Assembly (NCBI GenBank): GCA_039091735.1
Contig: JAWCLB010000001.1
Coordinates: forward strand, 721-64,720
From: Candidatus Aenigmatarchaeota archaeon
GTDB taxonomy: Archaea > Aenigmatarchaeota > Aenigmatarchaeia > GW2011-AR5 > JAHLMP01
Direction of reading: 5' to 3'
Length of the DNA stretch: 64,000 nucleotides
Part shown: positions 58,912 to 64,000 of the stretch, in pieces
How the letters are laid out: each line of letters opens with the position of its first letter
Position numbering within the stretch: the first letter of the stretch is position 1
The notes under the pieces: generated by a model
What the model was told of the DNA's origin: nothing
The model's database searches: none
What the model saw: only the letters and a program-made list of their open reading frames with translations
Program-made: the position numbers and the translations under genes

Positions 58912-61755
58912 ATGGAATTATACAATCCTCAAAAAATAGAAAAAAGAATTTTGGAATTTTGGGAAAAAGAAAAAATCTTTGATAAGGTTAGGGAAAAGAA
59001 CAAAGGAAACAAAAGGTTCTCATTTTTAGACGGTCCTATTACAGCCAATAATCCGATGGGTGTCCACCATGCATGGGGAAGAACACTGAAAGATATGTTT
59101 CAAAGATTTAAAGCTATGCAAAACTATGACCAAAGATATCAGAATGGCTTTGATTGTCATGGTTTGTGGGTAGAGGTAGAGGTAGAAAAGGAGCTGAAGT
59201 TCAAATCAAAAAAGGATATAGAAAAATATGGTATAGAAAATTTCTCGAACAGATGTAAGGAAAGAGTAATAAAATTCTCAGAGAAACAAACCCAACAGTC
59301 AATAAAATTAGGGCAATGGATGGATTGGGAAAATTCTTATTATACTATGAGCGACAATAACATAGAAACAATCTGGCTCTTCTTGAAAAGATGCCACGAA
59401 AATGGGTGGCTATATGAAGGGACTAAAGTAATGCCTTGGTGCCCAAGATGTGGTACTTCTTTATCTCAGCACGAATTGTCAGATAGCTATAAGGAAATTA
59501 CTCATCCAGGCTTGTTTATCAAGTGCCCTTTAAAGAATGGTAAATTTCTATTAATATGGACAACCACACCTTGGACGCTAAGCTCGAATGTTGCTGCAGC
59601 TGTACATCCTGATTTAGATTATCTTGAAGTCAAGATAGATAACAAGACATTCTATCTTACTGAAAAATCAGCAAAAGATGTTCTAAGTGATCAAAGCTAC
59701 ATTATTATAAGAAAATTAAAAGGCAAGGAGTTAATAGGCATGGAGTATGAATCACCTTATCAGGATCTTCCAGCACAAAAAGATATAAAGCACAAAGTCA
59801 TTGGTTGGGATGCTGTAAGCGAAGAAGAAGGTACAGGAATAGTTCACATAGCTCCAGGGTGTGGCGAAGAGGATTATGAACTTGGTAAAAAAGAGGGCTT
59901 ACCTATTATCTCTCCGCTTGATGAATTTGGAAATTTCATCCAAGGCTTTTCTTGGCTGAGTGATAAGAATGTAAAAGAGTCCAACAATTTAATAATCAAC
60001 GACCTAAAGAATAGGGGAATCCTCTTCAAGGTCGAAGATTATATACATCGCTACCCTGTGTGCTGGAGGTGCGGAGAAGAGCTTGTTTTTAGGTTGGTCA
60101 CAGAATGGTTCATTAGATCTAAAGAGATTAAACCTAAGATGATAAAAGAGGCAAAAAAAGTAAAGTGGTATCCTGCCTTTGGAGAAAAACTAATGTTAGA
60201 TTGGCTTAAAAATATGCAGGATTGGTGCATCTCAAGAAAGAGATACTGGGGTTTACCTCTTCCTTTTTACAAATGCTCATGCGGAAATTTAGAGGTTGTT
60301 GGCTCGAAAAAAGAATTGGAGAATAAGGCTGTTTCTGGGATTGAGCAATTAAAAGAGCTTCATAGACCGTGGATAGATAATGTGAAGATTAAATGTTCAA
60401 AATGTGGAAAGATAATAGAAAGGGTCAAAGAGGTCGGTGACTGTTGGTTAGATGCCGGAATTGTGCCTTTTTCAACCCTTAATTACCTTTCGGATAAAGA
60501 ATACTGGAAAAAATGGTTTCCTGCTGAACTCGTGTGCGAGATGAGAGAACAGATAAAATTGTGGTTTTATTCCATGCTATTTATGAGTGTTACCATAACT
60601 GGAAAAAGTCCATACAAGAATGTTGTGATATATGAAAAAATTCAGGATGAGAATGGCAGACCAATGCACAAAAGTTTGGGCAATGTAATATGGTTGGATG
60701 ATGCACTAGAAAGGATGGGCGCCGACGTATTAAGATGGCTGTACCTAACACATAACCCAAAGGATAATTTAAATTTTGGTTACACAATAGCAGAGGAGGT
60801 AAAGAAAAAGCTGATTATTTTATTTAACCTTAATAATTACATTAAAACCTACTTAGAAGTTAATAATTTCAAGCCTAGTGTAATAAAAAAACAAAGCAAT
60901 CTTGTTAAATGGTTAGGCTCTAGACTAGAGGCGGTCAAACAAAATGTTTATACATACCTAGAAAATTTTGATTTTTATCAGGCAGCAAATGAATTGGAAA
61001 ATTTTTTTATTGAAGAATTCTCGAGGTGGTATATTCACATAATAAGAGAAAAGGTAAAAGAAGGGTATAGGGGAGGGGATAAGAAAATGATTTTATTCTC
61101 ATTATACAAAACACAACTTACACTTTTGAAGATGTTGTCTCCTTTCATCCCGTTTATAACAGAAGAGATGTATCAAGATTTTTTTAGAAAATTTGAGAAA
61201 GTTGAGAGTATTCATCTTTGGTCATATCCAAAAATCAATAAAAAGGCAATAAATGAGGAATTAGAAAAAGAGATGAAAATTATTAAGGAGATTGTAGAAG
61301 TGGCAAATGCGATACGCAAAGAAAAAAATATAAGGCTGAAATGGCCTGTCGACAAAATTAAAATAGAAACAGAAAATGAAATAGTTAAAAAAGCGTGCAA
61401 AGATTTTTATGAAGAGCTTAAAATAATAGCAAATGTTAAGGACATTGAAATAGCTGAATGTAAACAAGGAAAAGAGTTTTCTAATGGAAGTGTTTGCCTT
61501 GGGACAGTATTAAAGGAAGATGCGCTTTTAAGGGAATTAATAAGGAATGTACAAGAGTATAGGAAAAAAATGGGTCTAAAAGTAGAAGATAAGATAATTC
61601 TTTATCTAAATAATAGAAAAGTGGAGAAATTCGCAAAAGAAATAAGAAATATGGTTGGTGCTAAAAAAATAGTCTTTGGGGATTTTGCTGACATAGCTGG
61701 CAAGGCTCAATTTGAAGATGAGATTATAGGATTTAAACTAAAAAAATTTGAATAG
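58912..61755 (+). CDS. ileS: Isoleucine--tRNA ligase with GVHH/PMHKS signature variants
   Basis: DGPITAN, GFDCHGL, WTTTPWTL, GTGIVHIAP, DWCISRKRYWG, PMHKSLGN. Confidence 0.93.
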   Translation: MELYNPQKIEKRILEFWEKEKIFDKVREKNKGNKRFSFLDGPITANNPMGVHHAWGRTLKDMFQRFKAMQNYDQRYQNGFDCHGLWVEVEVEKELKFKSKKDIEKYGIENFSNRCKERVIKFSEKQTQQSIKLGQWMDWENSYYTMSDNNIETIWLFLKRCHENGWLYEGTKVMPWCPRCGTSLSQHELSDSYKEITHPGLFIKCPLKNGKFLLIWTTTPWTLSSNVAAAVHPDLDYLEVKIDNKTFYLTEKSAKDVLSDQSYIIIRKLKGKELIGMEYESPYQDLPAQKDIKHKVIGWDAVSEEEGTGIVHIAPGCGEEDYELGKKEGLPIISPLDEFGNFIQGFSWLSDKNVKESNNLIINDLKNRGILFKVEDYIHRYPVCWRCGEELVFRLVTEWFIRSKEIKPKMIKEAKKVKWYPAFGEKLMLDWLKNMQDWCISRKRYWGLPLPFYKCSCGNLEVVGSKKELENKAVSGIEQLKELHRPWIDNVKIKCSKCGKIIERVKEVGDCWLDAGIVPFSTLNYLSDKEYWKKWFPAELVCEMREQIKLWFYSMLFMSVTITGKSPYKNVVIYEKIQDENGRPMHKSLGNVIWLDDALERMGADVLRWLYLTHNPKDNLNFGYTIAEEVKKKLIILFNLNNYIKTYLEVNNFKPSVIKKQSNLVKWLGSRLEAVKQNVYTYLENFDFYQAANELENFFIEEFSRWYIHIIREKVKEGYRGGDKKMILFSLYKTQLTLLKMLSPFIPFITEEMYQDFFRKFEKVESIHLWSYPKINKKAINEELEKEMKIIKEIVEVANAIRKEKNIRLKWPVDKIKIETENEIVKKACKDFYEELKIIANVKDIEIAECKQGKEFSNGSVCLGTVLKEDALLRELIRNVQEYRKKMGLKVEDKIILYLNNRKVEKFAKEIRNMVGAKKIVFGDFADIAGKAQFEDEIIGFKLKKFE

Positions 61756-61768
61756 GTGTAAAATACTT

Positions 61769-62077
61769 TTACTTTTTGTTTTTATAAGAATTTTCAGAGG
61801 ATAAAAAACCCTTTCTCTTTAACCATTCGGTTTGTGCCTTTGTATATTTCCAGATAACATCTCCCCTTTCATCGGATTGCACAATCCATGGGTCAATAAT
61901 AACAACGTCGCCAACTGAAAGCCACAACTCTCTTCCTAGCCTTCCTGGTATTCTGCAAATCCTTACAAAGCCATCTTGACACTTAACCTTAACCCTCTTT
62001 CCTCCAAGTTTGGCTTCTACTGTTCCCAATATTTCTCTATTTTTTGGTATCCTTACTCTCTCTTCTATGGTTAACAC
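61769..62077 (-). CDS. eif1a: Translation initiation factor aIF1A
   Basis: [39 protein letters not shown]; start may be ATA at 62068. Confidence 0.95.
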   Translation of the reverse strand: MLTIEERVRIPKNREILGTVEAKLGGKRVKVKCQDGFVRICRIPGRLGRELWLSVGDVVIIDPWIVQSDERGDVIWKYTKAQTEWLKRKGFLSSENSYKNKK

Positions 62078-62078
62078 C

Positions 62079-62714
62079 TCAATCTCTTATTGAATAATAG
62101 CACCTATAAATTTTTTTGCCACCCCCTTTTCCCAATAATTTATATGATTCTTTTATATTAAAGTTAAGTGACTTCAATTCCTTTATGATTTTTCTTGCTA
62201 AGCCTCTTTTCATAATAAATACATCATAGCCATTTTTTAATCTATCTATCTTCAAAATATCTCTTTTTTTAGGCAACATTCTAGAAATATCTTTTTTGGT
62301 TCTTACCTGCAAAACTGCTTCATAGTACATCCCAGAAAGTTTTCTGCATCTATCACACATTAGTTTTTTTATTTTTACAACTATTGTTTTCTTCTCTGTT
62401 TTGATTGTTTTGCTCGGATAGATATATCCCTTACATTCTATTGACGCACTGTATTTGTTTCCAATTCTTTTTAGTTCTATATTCTTTTCAATAATCCTAT
62501 TTTCTGTTTTTATTCTATTTTTTATAATATCTTTAACGATCTCATCTAAATTTTTAAATCTCTTCCAATTATTCTTATCTAACCAAGAGTTGCATTTACA
62601 AACCTTCAACTCAAGATTCTCTATATCAAATAAACTTTTTTGTTTAAGCCAGCAGATCTCGCAAAAATCCTCGATCTTCGCTTCTTTGCCACAAATTATA
62701 CAAATCCTTTTCAT
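62079..62714 (-). CDS. NMD3-family ribosome biogenesis protein (short)
   Basis: [25 protein letters not shown]; adjacent to aIF1A. Confidence 0.85.
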   Translation of the reverse strand: MKRICIICGKEAKIEDFCEICWLKQKSLFDIENLELKVCKCNSWLDKNNWKRFKNLDEIVKDIIKNRIKTENRIIEKNIELKRIGNKYSASIECKGYIYPSKTIKTEKKTIVVKIKKLMCDRCRKLSGMYYEAVLQVRTKKDISRMLPKKRDILKIDRLKNGYDVFIMKRGLARKIIKELKSLNFNIKESYKLLGKGGGKKIYRCYYSIRD

Positions 62715-62771
62715 AACGAAAGTATAAACGCGAATCCTTATTAATTGATGGTATTAGCTTGTGGTTTACAA

Positions 62772-63998
62772 TTAATATGCATACCACAAAATTAAACTAA
62801 TTATATATGGCTCAAATTCTTGATTTCCAGAAACAAAGTAATTAACGCTTGTGTATCGATTAGGCCTTTCTTTTTTCTGACCCAGACTTTCGTATTCTAG
62901 ATTATATTTTTTTCCAGCAGCCCACAACAAAAGAGATTTGAATAATTGGTTTATATCTGAGTGCATCTCATTATAATCTTTAAACCAGATTGCTCTTCCT
63001 TTACCGTATTTTGTAATCTGGTAATTTGCCTGAACAGATGAAAAATTATTTGTTGTTTTCAAAATTGTTTTTTCATTTGCCTCTATTTTATTTTTTTGCA
63101 GGTCATTGATATAGAATCTATAGCTTCTGTTTATTATCATAATATCAGCATATGTCCTTCCGTCATCAGAAAGGTTCGCATCTATATCAACTACCTTTAT
63201 CCACCAACCATCTATCACAATAGTCTCGTTAATCTTATACTGCTCTTCATTTGTATCATATTTTACATATTCTTCTGTATCATTGTAACCTGTAATAAGG
63301 GTATGCTCTGTATCTTGAATCCAAAACTTGCCATTATTTGTTGTATCTATTCTTATTGGCATATCTACAAAATCTTCTGCAATCTTAAATGCATTTGGGT
63401 TTTGCCACTCATTAAATATATTAACAATTGAAGGATTTTCTGTGTCTTTCCATGATAAGTTAAACAACTCATCTGGCTGCATCTCATCCAAATCAGCTAT
63501 CATTACTAATGCTTTATCCTCATCTAAAAATTCTTCTAACTTTTCTTTACTTAAGTTCTTGTAGCCAAAGAATAAAATCAAATCAATGGGTCTTTCTAAT
63601 AGTGTTTCAATTCCTGAATTCTCATCAATACTGAATTCTATTTCTCTTCCCCTGAAAATTGTTTTTTTGTCCTCGGGTGTAAATATATGCAGCATTCTTC
63701 TGAGTCTATTCTTCTCTTCTTCTGTGCAATTACACCCAATTTTTATATGTGATTTTGGAATTCCACTAACCTCAACCTCAAAAATAGCGTTATTTGGTAG
63801 CATTTTAGTTAGGTAATCCTCTAAACCAATAACATTATTGCTCAGGATAAATTCTCTAAGATAGCCTGTCTCGTCAAGGGCGATTAGAGCATCTCTTGCC
63901 TGGGTCTCAAGACTTACTAAATCCCATTCAAAAGGCTCAATATATGTAGAAAAAAAATATGGTAGCAAGGCAAGCAAAACTAATGATACTATTACAAC
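62772..63998 (-). CDS. Hypothetical exported protein, possibly pilin-like N-terminus (5' end outside the window)
   Basis: Frame open to the window edge with hydrophobic VVIVSLVLLALL; ARDALIALDETG motif. Confidence 0.65.
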   Translation of the reverse strand, partial: VVIVSLVLLALLPYFFSTYIEPFEWDLVSLETQARDALIALDETGYLREFILSNNVIGLEDYLTKMLPNNAIFEVEVSGIPKSHIKIGCNCTEEEKNRLRRMLHIFTPEDKKTIFRGREIEFSIDENSGIETLLERPIDLILFFGYKNLSKEKLEEFLDEDKALVMIADLDEMQPDELFNLSWKDTENPSIVNIFNEWQNPNAFKIAEDFVDMPIRIDTTNNGKFWIQDTEHTLITGYNDTEEYVKYDTNEEQYKINETIVIDGWWIKVVDIDANLSDDGRTYADIMIINRSYRFYINDLQKNKIEANEKTILKTTNNFSSVQANYQITKYGKGRAIWFKDYNEMHSDINQLFKSLLLWAAGKKYNLEYESLGQKKERPNRYTSVNYFVSGNQEFEPYIISLILWYAY

Positions 63999-64000
63999 CT

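Noticed and set aside
367..63816. Numerous short antisense or nested ORFs in the track (e.g. 1959-2438, 20490-21029, 44665-45135)
   Set aside because: They lie opposite or within well-supported genes and have shadow-ORF composition.
1..64000. Stop-codon reassignment or introns in protein genes
   Set aside because: TAA, TAG and TGA all end conserved genes at expected lengths, and I saw no interrupted housekeeping gene; in-frame micro-introns cannot be excluded by eye.
1..64000. rRNA, RNase P RNA, SRP RNA, integrases, defence systems
   Set aside because: No long GC-rich structured segments beyond the tRNAs and no matching protein motifs were seen.

Overview
AT-rich, gene-dense archaeal chromosome segment. 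The gene content (aCPSF1/FttA, Nop5/fibrillarin, Taw1, Hjc, aIF5A, aIF1A, NAC, pilins, short housekeeping genes, a bacterial-style mevalonate cluster) points to a DPANN lineage, possibly Aenigmarchaeota-like; this is inference. About 60 protein genes are present, including two short ones missed by the ORF track (rpoK/rpo6 and rps17e). There are six tRNA genes, five of them interrupted, with 12 introns in total. The standout is a 207-nt tRNA-Ile gene with the rare UAU anticodon split by five introns (positions ~8/9, ~20a/21, 29/30, 37/38, 59/60) that reassembles by hand into a clean 75-nt cloverleaf. tRNA-Met has three introns, tRNA-Gly two, and tRNA-Ala has a T-loop intron plus C at the normally invariant U33. 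Other observations: an IleRS with GVHH/PMHKS signature variants, a classical MVK-PMK-MVD mevalonate cluster with IDI-2 and a class II HMGR, an eS26 homologue, a CBS-HPF fusion, probable AUA start codons for aIF1A and RFC-S, an 8-codon micro-ORF with its own expression signals, an IS200/IS605-like end relic, and decayed accessory DNA beside tRNAs. All calls come from manual motif reading; no searches were run.
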